Virus record (IMG/VR): IMGVR_UViG_2882284595_000003
Coordinates: 9,169 to 73,168 of that record
Source of the DNA: a virus
Lineage: Duplodnaviria; Caudoviricetes
DNA length: 64,000 bases
Strand: one strand, 5' to 3'
Below the pieces are notes generated by a model. The model was given only the letters and a program-made list of their open reading frames with translations. It was not told the origin of the DNA and did no database searches. Below are positions 9,684 through 17,426 of this stretch, piece by piece; positions within the stretch are counted from its first letter, which is position 1, and every line of letters starts with the position of its first letter. Made by a program: the position numbers and the translations under genes.

Positions 9684-9744
9684 AGTTTGCACGGGCCGGC
9701 ATGGGGTGTCGCGGGGTGGGTGTTGTGTGGTGAACCCTCACAAC
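9684..9744 (-). promoter_or_regulatory. P2-type late promoter PV
   Basis: GTTGTG-N11-CACAAC at 9722-9744; CAAACT -10 seven nt before the V ATG (leaderless geometry). Confidence 0.8.
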
Positions 9745-9840
9745 TGACTAGATTGTGATACTGATCATTTTGTCAGTTACCACCTGTCATAAGTGACGTG
9801 AAAATCGAATCTCAGATTAATAAAATTTTGGAGTGTTGAG

Positions 9841-10332
9841 ATGTTGAGAAAGCTCATTGCTGGTTTATTAGTTCTTGGGATTTCCAGCGCCGCGTGCGCG
9901 GCAGTAACCGTCAATATTAAAAATATTAGCGATCCGTTCTATCTTGAAAAGGAAGGCAAGGACTATATGTCGTTCAGTCCGCATCTTCCGGCGACACTGC
10001 CAGCAAAAAGCACAGTGTCAACCTATGTATACTCTTTGTTGCCGGCAAACATTGGCATTGACAGTGTGGATATCATTTACCGTAGTAAGCCTTTGACTGG
10101 TGTGACGAGTAATGCTCCTGGGTGTGAGATTAGCTTTGTATCCAATATTGACCCCCGTACTCAGCTTTCTATTCCGAAGCTGACAATTACACCGTTGAAT
10201 TATGAGTATTCAACATATCTGAATTGCCAAGGTAAGCTGACGTCGTTCAATCCTTACACCGGTGTGGGTGTGGTTGATGTCAGTATAAGCACTTACAAGC
10301 TGTTCCCAAGCTCTCCCAAGTTGCCTTTCTGA
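9841..10332 (+). CDS. secreted hypothetical protein (moron)
   Basis: Signal peptide MLRKLIAGLLVLGISSAACA, GGAG RBS, low GC, opposite strand between S and V. Confidence 0.8.
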   Translation: MLRKLIAGLLVLGISSAACAAVTVNIKNISDPFYLEKEGKDYMSFSPHLPATLPAKSTVSTYVYSLLPANIGIDSVDIIYRSKPLTGVTSNAPGCEISFVSNIDPRTQLSIPKLTITPLNYEYSTYLNCQGKLTSFNPYTGVGVVDVSISTYKLFPSSPKLPF

Positions 10333-10381
10333 GCTACAATTAACCATTGTCAATTCAATGCGTGATGCTTAGGAGCCGATC

Positions 10382-10699
10382 ATGGGGCCAATGGGATATG
10401 CGGTAGCTTACAATGAGCGAATGTCAGTTATTGGCACGGTTCAGTCCAATATCATCGCATTCCAGAAAATAGCTGATACAACGACAGATCCTGATGTCAA
10501 GGCTAGGTATTCTGATTCAGTTGAGGAAATGAAAAAAAACCTTCCACTGATAGAGCGCCAAGCTAAGCAGTATGCAGCTAATGCTGGAATTGGCGCTGAA
10601 GATTTTGGCCATATTGTTGATCCTACGAAGTATGATGGCTATGGCAAGAACGGCAAAGGAGTCAAGTTTCCGATAGTGAATCTGTTCGACTCTGCTTGA
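10382..10699 (+). CDS. hypothetical protein (moron)
   Basis: AGGAG RBS, low GC, co-oriented with the upstream moron gene. Confidence 0.75.
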   Translation: MGPMGYAVAYNERMSVIGTVQSNIIAFQKIADTTTDPDVKARYSDSVEEMKKNLPLIERQAKQYAANAGIGAEDFGHIVDPTKYDGYGKNGKGVKFPIVNLFDSA

Positions 10700-10799
10700 C
10701 GGTGTACTTTGAGGATTGACCTTAATTTATGATGGGGGAAATCGTCCAGGGGCGTGCTGTATTGAATTTTTTAAGTATTTTTTGAGTTAAGTTTGATGC

Positions 10800-10838
10800 A
10801 AAAGTGGGGGCGCTTTTCCAAAAAGCGCCCCCACTTTT
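10800..10838. terminator. 18-bp perfect hairpin, probable bidirectional terminator
   Basis: AAAAGTGGGGGCGCTTTT-cca-AAAAGCGCCCCCACTTTT between convergent units. Confidence 0.75.
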
Positions 10839-10931
10839 TTTGAGCGGGCTGCTATGCAGGTTGATCTTGATGCAATTGGTATTGCGTAGACTGATTTGCG
10901 TGTGTTGCATGGTGCTTCCTTGTGGCGGGTG

Positions 10932-11378
10932 TTACTTGGATAGATGGGCCAGCATCTGGTCGCGGATAACTTCGATATCGGCGGCGGCGAAGCCCAGCAG
11001 CTCGCGCGCCGGATATTGCGTTTCGCGGCGGCTGCGCCGGCTGACGCGGTCGCGCAGGCCGTATTGATGGACGCGGGCGATGCGTTCCACCTGGCCGACG
11101 AAAGCAACGGCGGCGCCGTTGGTGGTGGCTTCCACCTTCAGCCACTTGGCGGCGCGCAACTTGCTGAACATCTGGCGGCGGATTTTGCCCTTCTTTGCGC
11201 GGAATTGCGGCTTGCGTGGCGTGAACTCGCTGCCGTCCGGGTTGAGCTGGTCGCGGATGCGTTGCTGCTGGCTGGCGCGCAGCGCTTTGGCGATGTCGCG
11301 AGCCAGCGCGCGGCGGGCCGCCGGCTCCACCCGCTGCAACAGGCCGGACAGCTCGGTTTCAAGCTGCATCATGTTCAT
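10932..11378 (-). CDS. gpS: tail completion / virion morphogenesis protein S
   Basis: LRASQQQRIRDQLNPDGS...IARVHQYGLRD...YPARELLG. Confidence 0.93.
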   Translation of the reverse strand: MNMMQLETELSGLLQRVEPAARRALARDIAKALRASQQQRIRDQLNPDGSEFTPRKPQFRAKKGKIRRQMFSKLRAAKWLKVEATTNGAAVAFVGQVERIARVHQYGLRDRVSRRSRRETQYPARELLGFAAADIEVIRDQMLAHLSK

Positions 11379-11805
11379 TTTTCACCGTGATATCCCAGGC
11401 CCATGGCTCGGGCGGCTCGCCGCGGTGGGTGGCGGTAATGCTGCCGTCTGCCTCTGTCTGAACTTTGACCCCTTCGGTCAGTTGGAGCGTGATCTCTACA
11501 TCCATCGCGGCTAGGCTGGTCAGCTCGGCTTCAAAGCGGAATCCTTTTTCCAGCCGTTCCGGGTTCTGGATCAGCGGCGGCTCGTTGGCTTCGATCCAGC
11601 CGCGCAGCGGGATGATGAGCTGGTCGAGGTGGCCGGCGTAGTCGGTGACGATCAGTTTGACGGTGTAGCGATAGCCGAACGACAGCCGGCCGGGGGCGGC
11701 GACGATGCCGCCATCTTCAATGAACATCAGCAGCCGGTCGGGGTTGTCGCGCAGCTCCGGCAGCGCCGCTTCCAGCGCCTGGCGCAGGCTAGCGGGCTTG
11801 TTCAT
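11359..11805 (-). CDS. gpR: tail completion protein R
   Basis: MNKPASLRQAL...NPDRLLMFIEDG...LTEGV signature. Confidence 0.92.
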   Translation of the reverse strand: MNKPASLRQALEAALPELRDNPDRLLMFIEDGGIVAAPGRLSFGYRYTVKLIVTDYAGHLDQLIIPLRGWIEANEPPLIQNPERLEKGFRFEAELTSLAAMDVEITLQLTEGVKVQTEADGSITATHRGEPPEPWAWDITVKNEHDAA

Positions 11806-12004
11806 AGCGTTCGAATTCCTGTTGGCACTGCACGCAGCGCGAGCAGCCGGCGACGATGCGCTGGCGGGCGTCGGGTATCGGCTCGGCGCAATCCTCGCAA
11901 TGGCTGAGGCTGGCGCGGTGGGTGATGTTGGCGAGCTGGCGGGCCAGCGCGGCATCGCGCTGGAGTTGTTCCAGCGCCTGGGCGCGGTCGTAGAAATCGG
12001 TCAT
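11789..12004 (-). CDS. TraR/DksA C4 zinc-finger protein
   Basis: D..DRAQ...CEDCAEPIPDARQ....GCSRCVQCQ. Confidence 0.9.
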   Translation of the reverse strand: MTDFYDRAQALEQLQRDAALARQLANITHRASLSHCEDCAEPIPDARQRIVAGCSRCVQCQQEFERYEQAR

Positions 12005-12261
12005 GGCGTGTTCTGTTGGCAATGGATGATGTGATCGATCTGCGCGGCGCAGGATTCAAGCGCCGCCCGGTGCTGCTGCCAGCTGTCGGCCAGTTGCTGG
12101 TTGGTGGTTGGCGCCAGCGCCGGCAGCGGACAGGCCGTCACCGCCGGGCAGCGTTGCAGCAGCAGCGGGCGCGGCGCCGGCTGGCGCGGTGGTGTCGAAC
12201 AGGCGGGCAAGGTCAGCAGGAATAGCAGCGCTGCCCCAGGCAGCGGCGGCAGGCGTGGCAT
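12001..12261 (-). CDS. lysC: outer-membrane spanin (LysC/Rz1-like lipoprotein)
   Basis: Lipobox LPAC, CPAVTAC.LP, ALESCAAQID; overlaps the i-spanin gene. Confidence 0.85.
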   Translation of the reverse strand: MPRLPPLPGAALLFLLTLPACSTPPRQPAPRPLLLQRCPAVTACPLPALAPTTNQQLADSWQQHRAALESCAAQIDHIIHCQQNTP

Positions 12262-12559
12262 GGATGGCGGCCTCCAGTTTGGCCGCGGCGGCGGCGTGTT
12301 TGCGGGATAGGGCGGTCACCTGTTCGGCCAGCTCGCGGCTGGCGGCGGCCTGCAACTTGATGTCGATAGCCTGGGCCGCCAGCTGCTCGGCTTGCAGCTG
12401 GTTGAGCGTGGCCAAGCGGGCGCTGTCTTGCGTGGCGGTGGCCAGCTCTGCGGCCTGGCGCTGGAGCTGGTCGCGCTGCTGCCACAGTGTGAAGCCGGCG
12501 AGCAGCGCCAGCGCGATCAGCAGAGTGCCGGCGAAGCGGCGGGCGAGGGCGGCCATCAT
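12056..12559 (-). CDS. lysB: inner-membrane spanin (LysB/Rz-like)
   Basis: N-terminal TM helix, coiled coil, W...IPADLARL; follows endolysin. Confidence 0.8.
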   Translation of the reverse strand: MMAALARRFAGTLLIALALLAGFTLWQQRDQLQRQAAELATATQDSARLATLNQLQAEQLAAQAIDIKLQAAASRELAEQVTALSRKHAAAAAKLEAAIHATPAAAAWGSAAIPADLARLFDTTAPAGAAPAAAATLPGGDGLSAAGAGANHQPATGRQLAAAPGGA

Positions 12560-13356
12560 GCGCTCAGCCTTTCCGCGCGGGCGTAGGCCGCCGCCAGCTT
12601 GCTGTCGTAGAGGTTTTCCTTGTAGGCCGGGCCGTTGTAGAGCTTGGCCACGTCGGCCCAGCGCTTGGCCTGCAGGGCCTTGAGCAGCGCCGGCTCGGCT
12701 TCGATGAAACGGGCGAAGGCTTCCAGCTGGGCGGCCTCGCCCGATTCCATCGCGGCGCGGAATGTTGCGGCGCTGGCGTAGCCCAGCCGCTGCCAGTGAT
12801 AGCCCATGATCTGGAATAGCCCCCAGCTGCAAGACTCGATGGCGACAAGGTCGCCGGCCACCGCCGCCAGGCTGGCGAAGCGCACCCACTCGGCCGCGCC
12901 GCCGGCGTAGCCGCCGCGGGCGGGATTGCAGATGGCCGGATAACGGGTGGCCAGCTGTGCCGCATCTTGGTGGGCGACGCCGGCGCGCTGGTAGGCGACA
13001 TGCCGTTCCAGCAGGATGACGGGCCGGCCATCGGCCTGAAATCCGCTGCCGCGCGACTCCACCGCGTGGATAGCCTTGATGCTGGCCAGCGCCACGCCCA
13101 GGCGGGCGGCGGCGGCCTGCAGGTCGGCTTCGGTCAGCCGGCGCGGGTCGCGTACGCCGCGCAGCGCCGCCAAGGTCTTGCGGCCGGCGATGCCGTCCAC
13201 CACCAGCCCGGCGCGGCGCTGCGCCTGGGCGATGGCGGTTTCGGTGGCTTCGCCAAACCAGCCATCTATCGCCAGCGCTGCGCCCTGGGCGCGGAGCTGG
13301 GCTTGCAGGTCTTGCACCGCCTGGCCGTGGTCGCCCTTCTTCAAGATCAGATCCAT
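12556..13356 (-). CDS. modular endolysin: peptidoglycan-binding domain plus N-acetylmuramidase (DUF3380-like)
   Basis: LKKGDHG..V..LQ...DGWFG..T, then VESRGSGF...ILLERH...SWGLFQIMGYHW...YNGP. Confidence 0.93.
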   Translation of the reverse strand: MDLILKKGDHGQAVQDLQAQLRAQGAALAIDGWFGEATETAIAQAQRRAGLVVDGIAGRKTLAALRGVRDPRRLTEADLQAAAARLGVALASIKAIHAVESRGSGFQADGRPVILLERHVAYQRAGVAHQDAAQLATRYPAICNPARGGYAGGAAEWVRFASLAAVAGDLVAIESCSWGLFQIMGYHWQRLGYASAATFRAAMESGEAAQLEAFARFIEAEPALLKALQAKRWADVAKLYNGPAYKENLYDSKLAAAYARAERLSA

Positions 13357-13658
13357 GTCTCCCTCCTCAGCAGGATGGCCAGCCGCGATTGGCGCGGGCC
13401 GCTGGCGCGGAACAGCTCCACCACGTTGCCGCGCTGGGCCAGCAACGCCAGCAGCCATACGGCGTTGAGAAACAGCTGCGGGCCGTCGGCCAGCTGCGGC
13501 AGGCCGAACAGGTGCAGCACCGCCACCGCGCCGGCGGCGACGATCAGCAGGTAAGCCAACAGGCTGGCAATGGGGCGGTGCTGGCTGTCGCCGCGCTGGA
13601 AGGCCAGCAGGACCAGGGCAAGGGCGACGGCCAGCACGATGTGGGCATGGGCGATCAT
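13347..13658 (-). CDS. phage holin-family membrane protein (DUF754-like)
   Basis: Three hydrophobic segments, FQRGDSQHRP and RGNV motifs; upstream of endolysin. Confidence 0.8.
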   Translation of the reverse strand: MIAHAHIVLAVALALVLLAFQRGDSQHRPIASLLAYLLIVAAGAVAVLHLFGLPQLADGPQLFLNAVWLLALLAQRGNVVELFRASGPRQSRLAILLRRETWI

Positions 13659-14023
13659 TGGCCGCCCCCTTTCAGCGTGCGCAACGCCTTGGCCGGGTCG
13701 TCGGCCAGGCGGATCAGGTACAGCAAGACCTTGACGGCTAGGGCGGCGGCGATCAGCGCGCCGACGCCGGGGCTCGCCTCGATCGGCATCCATTTGGCCA
13801 GCAGGCCGGCGACGGAGGCGGCGGCCAGACAACCGGCGATGAAGCTGGCAATGAAGAACATCGCGCGCTTGGCCAGGCCCAGGCTGTCGGAACTCAGCAC
13901 GAACACCGCGGCGCCGGCGAAGGCTCCCAAAACGGTGGCGGCGTCGATGCCGGGGAACAGGGCCAGCCCGGCGACGGCGGCCAGGGTGGCGGTGGTGGCG
14001 GTACTGCTTACGGGTTCGGCCAT
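13655..14023 (-). CDS. putative holin
   Basis: MAEPVSS...PGIDAATVLGAFAGAAVFV, multi-TM, in the lysis cluster. Confidence 0.8.
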   Translation of the reverse strand: MAEPVSSTATTATLAAVAGLALFPGIDAATVLGAFAGAAVFVLSSDSLGLAKRAMFFIASFIAGCLAAASVAGLLAKWMPIEASPGVGALIAAALAVKVLLYLIRLADDPAKALRTLKGGGQ

Positions 14024-14028
14024 GTGAT

Positions 14029-14241
14029 TCAGTCCCATAGGTTGATGAGGGTTTGCGCCGGCGCGGGGTCGGTCGGCAAGTCGGGCAGCTGCACCAGCGT
14101 TCCCATGGGCAGCACCGCGCCCAGGTCGGCCAGTCCGGGGTTGGCGCTGAGAATCCGCTCCACCACGCCGCGGGTTGTGCCGTAGGCGCGCCAGGCGATG
14201 GCGTCCACGGTGTCGCCCTGGTCGGCGCGGATGGCGCGCAT
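14029..14241 (-). CDS. gpX: tail protein X (LysM-like)
   Basis: QGDTVDAIAWRAYG...ANPGLADLG.VLP.GT.VQLP...LWD. Confidence 0.93.
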   Translation of the reverse strand: MRAIRADQGDTVDAIAWRAYGTTRGVVERILSANPGLADLGAVLPMGTLVQLPDLPTDPAPAQTLINLWD

Positions 14242-14720
14242 CAGATCAGCTCCACCGTGGCGCGGCCCACCGCCAAAATGGCGCGGATGGCGGCGCGGGC
14301 ATCGGCGCGCAGGTCGTCGGCGGTGCTGTCCAGATCGTCGGCGCGTTGGCGGCCGGCGCCGGTGGTGTCAAAGCTGCGGTAGCGTTCGGCCAGCTCGGCG
14401 GCGGCGGTGGCGTAGACCGCGCGGCGCCAGCGTTGCATCAGCACCGACTCGCCGTCGATCTGTTCGGCCGCCACCTCGGCTAGCTGGCTGGCGCCGGCGG
14501 CGGTGCGGATTTGCCGCCAGCCGCTCAGCTCTTGATTGACGCCGGCGACGGCCTCCACCAGCGCATGGCGCAGCCGCGGCGCGGTGACGGTGCCGTCCAG
14601 CCGCATGGCGGCGCGGGCGTGGGCCGGGTCGATCTCCGGCCAGAAGTAAGCGGCCTTGATCGGCTGGTCATCGTTGGCGATGGGCGCAGCGGTGGCCGGG
14701 GCAGTGCTGTTGATGATCAT
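14241..14720 (-). CDS. gpL: head completion protein L
   Basis: FWPEID...MRLDGTVT..RL...ERYRSFDTT...VELI; AGGA RBS before ATG 14720. Confidence 0.92.
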   Translation of the reverse strand: MIINSTAPATAAPIANDDQPIKAAYFWPEIDPAHARAAMRLDGTVTAPRLRHALVEAVAGVNQELSGWRQIRTAAGASQLAEVAAEQIDGESVLMQRWRRAVYATAAAELAERYRSFDTTGAGRQRADDLDSTADDLRADARAAIRAILAVGRATVELI

Positions 14721-14761
14721 TGTGTGTCCTGGGCTGGGTGACGGTGGAGGGGGCTTCGGCT

Positions 14762-14767
14762 GTCGGC
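14762..14767 (+). repeat. 6-bp target-site duplication, left copy (GTCGGC)
   Basis: Immediately precedes TGAAG; identical copy at 54030-54035. Confidence 0.9.
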
Positions 14768-14859
14768 TGAAGCGCGGCGCGAAAACTGTGCGCCATTTTG
14801 CGCGATAAATGGTGATCAACCCATTTTCCAGCATCCGCAAAAGAATTTCACTTCCCACA

Positions 14860-14883
14860 CGAAGGGGCCGGCTGGCCCCTTCG
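14860..14883 (-). terminator. hairpin downstream of methylase gene
   Basis: CGAAGGGGCC-ggct-GGCCCCTTCG; T tract weak. Confidence 0.55.
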
Positions 14884-14899
14884 CTCTTTCGGTGGACGA

Positions 14900-15676
14900 T
14901 CACCAGTTACGGATGATCAGTTCCCCCTTCTTGTCCTTGCTGCGGCCGGCGCCACCCACCGTGTAGGCAATGTCTACTCGCTCCATGCTCAGCCCATCAA
15001 AAGCCTGGCGCATCTCTGGGATGTCATTGACCGAGATGATCATCCGCCCCTTCATCGATTTGGCCAGTTCTGCCATGCGCTGATACTGGTGCAAACCGAA
15101 GTCTACGCCATAGCCCTCAGTGCCCCAGTATGGCGGGTCGCAGTAGACCAGCGTGTGCTCCCGGTCGTACTTCTTGATGCAGTCAGTCCAGTCCAAGTTT
15201 TCGATATAGGTGCGGCTCAGGCGTAGGTGGGCGGCAGACAAGTCTTCTTCTAGGCGCAACAGGTTGAGCTTGGGGGGACTGGTGGTGGCCGTCCCGAAGC
15301 TTTGGTTGTCCACCTTGCCGCCGAAGGCCATCTTCTGGAGGTAGAAGAACCTGGCAGCCCGCTGGATGTCGGTCAGCGTCTCCTCCGGGGTGATCTGCAA
15401 CCACTTGAAGATTTGCCGCGATGTCAGCGACCATTTGAATTGCCGGACAAACTCTTCCATGTGGTGGCGTACGACTCGGTAAAGGTTGACCAGCTCCCCG
15501 TTGACGTCGTTGATTACCTCTACCTTGACCGGTTCCTTCAGGAAATAGAGCGCGGCCGCGCCGCAGAAGGGTTCGACATAGCAGATATGCTCGGGAAACA
15601 GAGGAAGGATGTGCTTGGCCAGACGGCGCTTGCCGCCAATCCATGGAACGATGGGTGCTGCTGTGATTTGTAACAT
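14900..15676 (-). CDS. D12-class N6-adenine DNA methyltransferase (Dam-like)
   Basis: PWIGGKRRLA, YVEPFCG, NDVNGELVNLY, DPPY; occupies the mom position at the phage end; start 15676 preferred over 15724. Confidence 0.93.
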   Translation of the reverse strand: MLQITAAPIVPWIGGKRRLAKHILPLFPEHICYVEPFCGAAALYFLKEPVKVEVINDVNGELVNLYRVVRHHMEEFVRQFKWSLTSRQIFKWLQITPEETLTDIQRAARFFYLQKMAFGGKVDNQSFGTATTSPPKLNLLRLEEDLSAAHLRLSRTYIENLDWTDCIKKYDREHTLVYCDPPYWGTEGYGVDFGLHQYQRMAELAKSMKGRMIISVNDIPEMRQAFDGLSMERVDIAYTVGGAGRSKDKKGELIIRNW

Positions 15677-15764
15677 CTGCAAGACTCTTTCCTGATGCGA
15701 AATATCCCGATAGGCTTGTTTCACCGTTGGCCAACGGCAATGACAGCCTTGGGATGACTTGCAG
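15677..15764 (-). promoter_or_regulatory. long imperfect hairpin leader enclosing the methylase RBS
   Basis: Nested complementary blocks CTGCAAG/CTTGCAG, ATCCC/GGGAT, AGGCT/AGCCT, CCGTTGG/CCAACGG; the stem ends at the ATG. Confidence 0.65.
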
Positions 15765-15829
15765 GTCTGCTCTGCGGGTCAGCTAGTCGAGCGGGTGCTC
15801 CAACACCTGCTCGACTGCTGTTTTCTGCA

Positions 15830-16438
15830 CTATGCCGGGATCAGCGGCCAATCAATTTGGTTCGGAAAGCCTGGCTGATTCGACACTCGGGACAGCTCCA
15901 CCCGGTAGCGCCGCCAGGCTGCCAGCAGCACGGACTCGGCTGGCGTCGCCATGCCCAGGTCAGCCGCATCATGCAGCGGCACAATGGCCGCATCGGCCTG
16001 GCCGCGCCGCGCGGCGATTTCCGTTTCGACTGCGGCACGCTGTGCGGCCAACTCGGCGACCTGGTCAACGCTCCAGCTCATGCCATCCCACACGCCAAAC
16101 GGCGGCGGCGGCAGCTCGGTGGCGCCCAGCGTCTCCGGCGTGTCACCCAACTGCGCGACAATCGGCTGCGCCGTGGCGGTATCCCACAGCGGCACGCCGC
16201 GCCAATCCGGCAGCAGCTGCCAGCCGCCACCCAGGATGCAATGGGCGGGGATGCTGCCGTCGGCCGCGCGCCAGGCGGCCGCGTGGCGCGGGCCGGCCGC
16301 CGGAGGGGCAGCTTCTGCCGCCCAGGCGGGAATCAGATAGACCTCGTCCACATCCAGCGGCGAGCGTTGCGCCGTGGTTTGCCCGGTGCATTCGCCGGTC
16401 GCGGCGCTGTAGCAATACACTATTTTTTGTTCGTTCAT
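15830..16438 (-). CDS. tail fibre assembly chaperone (transposable phage)
   Basis: Near-identical to 4968-5582; Tfa-type C-terminus. Confidence 0.9.
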   Translation of the reverse strand: MNEQKIVYCYSAATGECTGQTTAQRSPLDVDEVYLIPAWAAEAAPPAAGPRHAAAWRAADGSIPAHCILGGGWQLLPDWRGVPLWDTATAQPIVAQLGDTPETLGATELPPPPFGVWDGMSWSVDQVAELAAQRAAVETEIAARRGQADAAIVPLHDAADLGMATPAESVLLAAWRRYRVELSRVSNQPGFPNQIDWPLIPA

Positions 16439-17426
16439 TGGTACCCCCTCAGACTTTGATGCAGGCCAGCAGCGCGACGTTGCGGGGCCGGGATTCGTTG
16501 CCGCCGGTGCTGTATGTCGCGTAGCGCAAATACCTGCCGCTGCCGTTCCACTCTCCCAACAATTCATTTGACGCCTGCCGCGCGCCCAAATCCAGCGGCG
16601 CGCCGCCATTGTCCACGAGGACAGTGTCCTGGCCGGCAATATTGCCTGCCGGTGTCGGGATGGCGTGATCGTGTGCCAGATTCTGAGAGGCCTGGCGGCT
16701 ACCAAAACTGCGGCCGGCGACGTCCACACCGCCCCCAGCATCCCAGCCGCGGATAAACTCGCCGCGTAGATCTGGCACGCCGAATGTGGTTTTGCCATCG
16801 CCAGCGCCGAATCGCTCACCAATGGCCGCAAACAGTGCGGCGTAGGTTGCGCGCGATACATCCTGCGCGCCGTTGCAGATGATCCAGCCCGGCGGCGGCG
16901 TGTCGCGGGCGAAATAGGCAATCTGCCCAGGCGGCGCGGCGGCGGTGATGCCATCCTGCGTGGTGGCGGCATCCGCCAGCTGGCGCCACACAGTCCAGCG
17001 GCCCTGATAGCGGCAGCGGTGCCAGAATCCCCCATCGGCAAACGCCTGATAGGTGTGATAGACCATCTCGCCGGTCGCCCTCACGGTCAGTTGGCCGGCC
17101 TGTGGGCAGGGCCAATTCTTGCCCTTGATCGCATTATCGTTGGCGGGATTGTGGTAAATGCCGGTGATAGTGAGGGTGTCCAGATCTACCGCCGATGCAA
17201 TGTCCGCCCGCAGTGGCAATGCATCGGCGATGCCATAACCGTCCAGCGTGGCGGCCTTGTCGGCCTTGGTGGCCAGCTTCTTGGTCAGGTTGGCCGCAAA
17301 ACTGGCGTCATTGTCCAGCGCGGCCGCCAGCTCTTGCAGGGTGTCCAGGGCGCCCGGTGCGCCGGCGATGACGTTACTGATAGCCGCTTGCAGCTCGGCC
17401 TTGGTGGCGGCGTCGGTGATGCCGTA
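15888..17426. repeat. direct repeat copy 2 (tail fibre 3' half plus chaperone), shared with 5032-6570
   Basis: Constant offset 10856 from copy 1. Confidence 0.95.

Larger units (their letters stand above)
1..14767 (-). mobile_element. P2-like prophage, left segment (tail, baseplate, lysis, head completion); continues beyond window start
   Basis: On the minus strand the gene order L-X-holins-lysin-spanins-R-S-V-W-J-I-H-G-FI-FII-E/E'-T matches phage P2; interrupted at 14768. Confidence 0.95.

Noticed and set aside
14241-14903. 220-aa version of gpL
   Set aside because: The extension crosses the insertion junction at 14768; the P2-like protein starts at 14720.
14900-15676. Restriction-modification system
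   Set aside because: No cognate endonuclease nearby; this is an orphan methylase at the usual end position of transposable phages.
15830-17041. Extended or fused tail chaperone ORFs (403 aa here; 293 aa at 4968-5849)
   Set aside because: The extensions overlap the fibre gene out of frame; the real starts are at MNEQK (16438 and 5582) with an RBS.
5032-17426. Diversity-generating retroelement (template/variable repeat) explanation for the duplicated fibre DNA
   Set aside because: The repeat is ~1.5 kb and coding in both copies, the fibre C-termini translate identically, and no reverse transcriptase is present.
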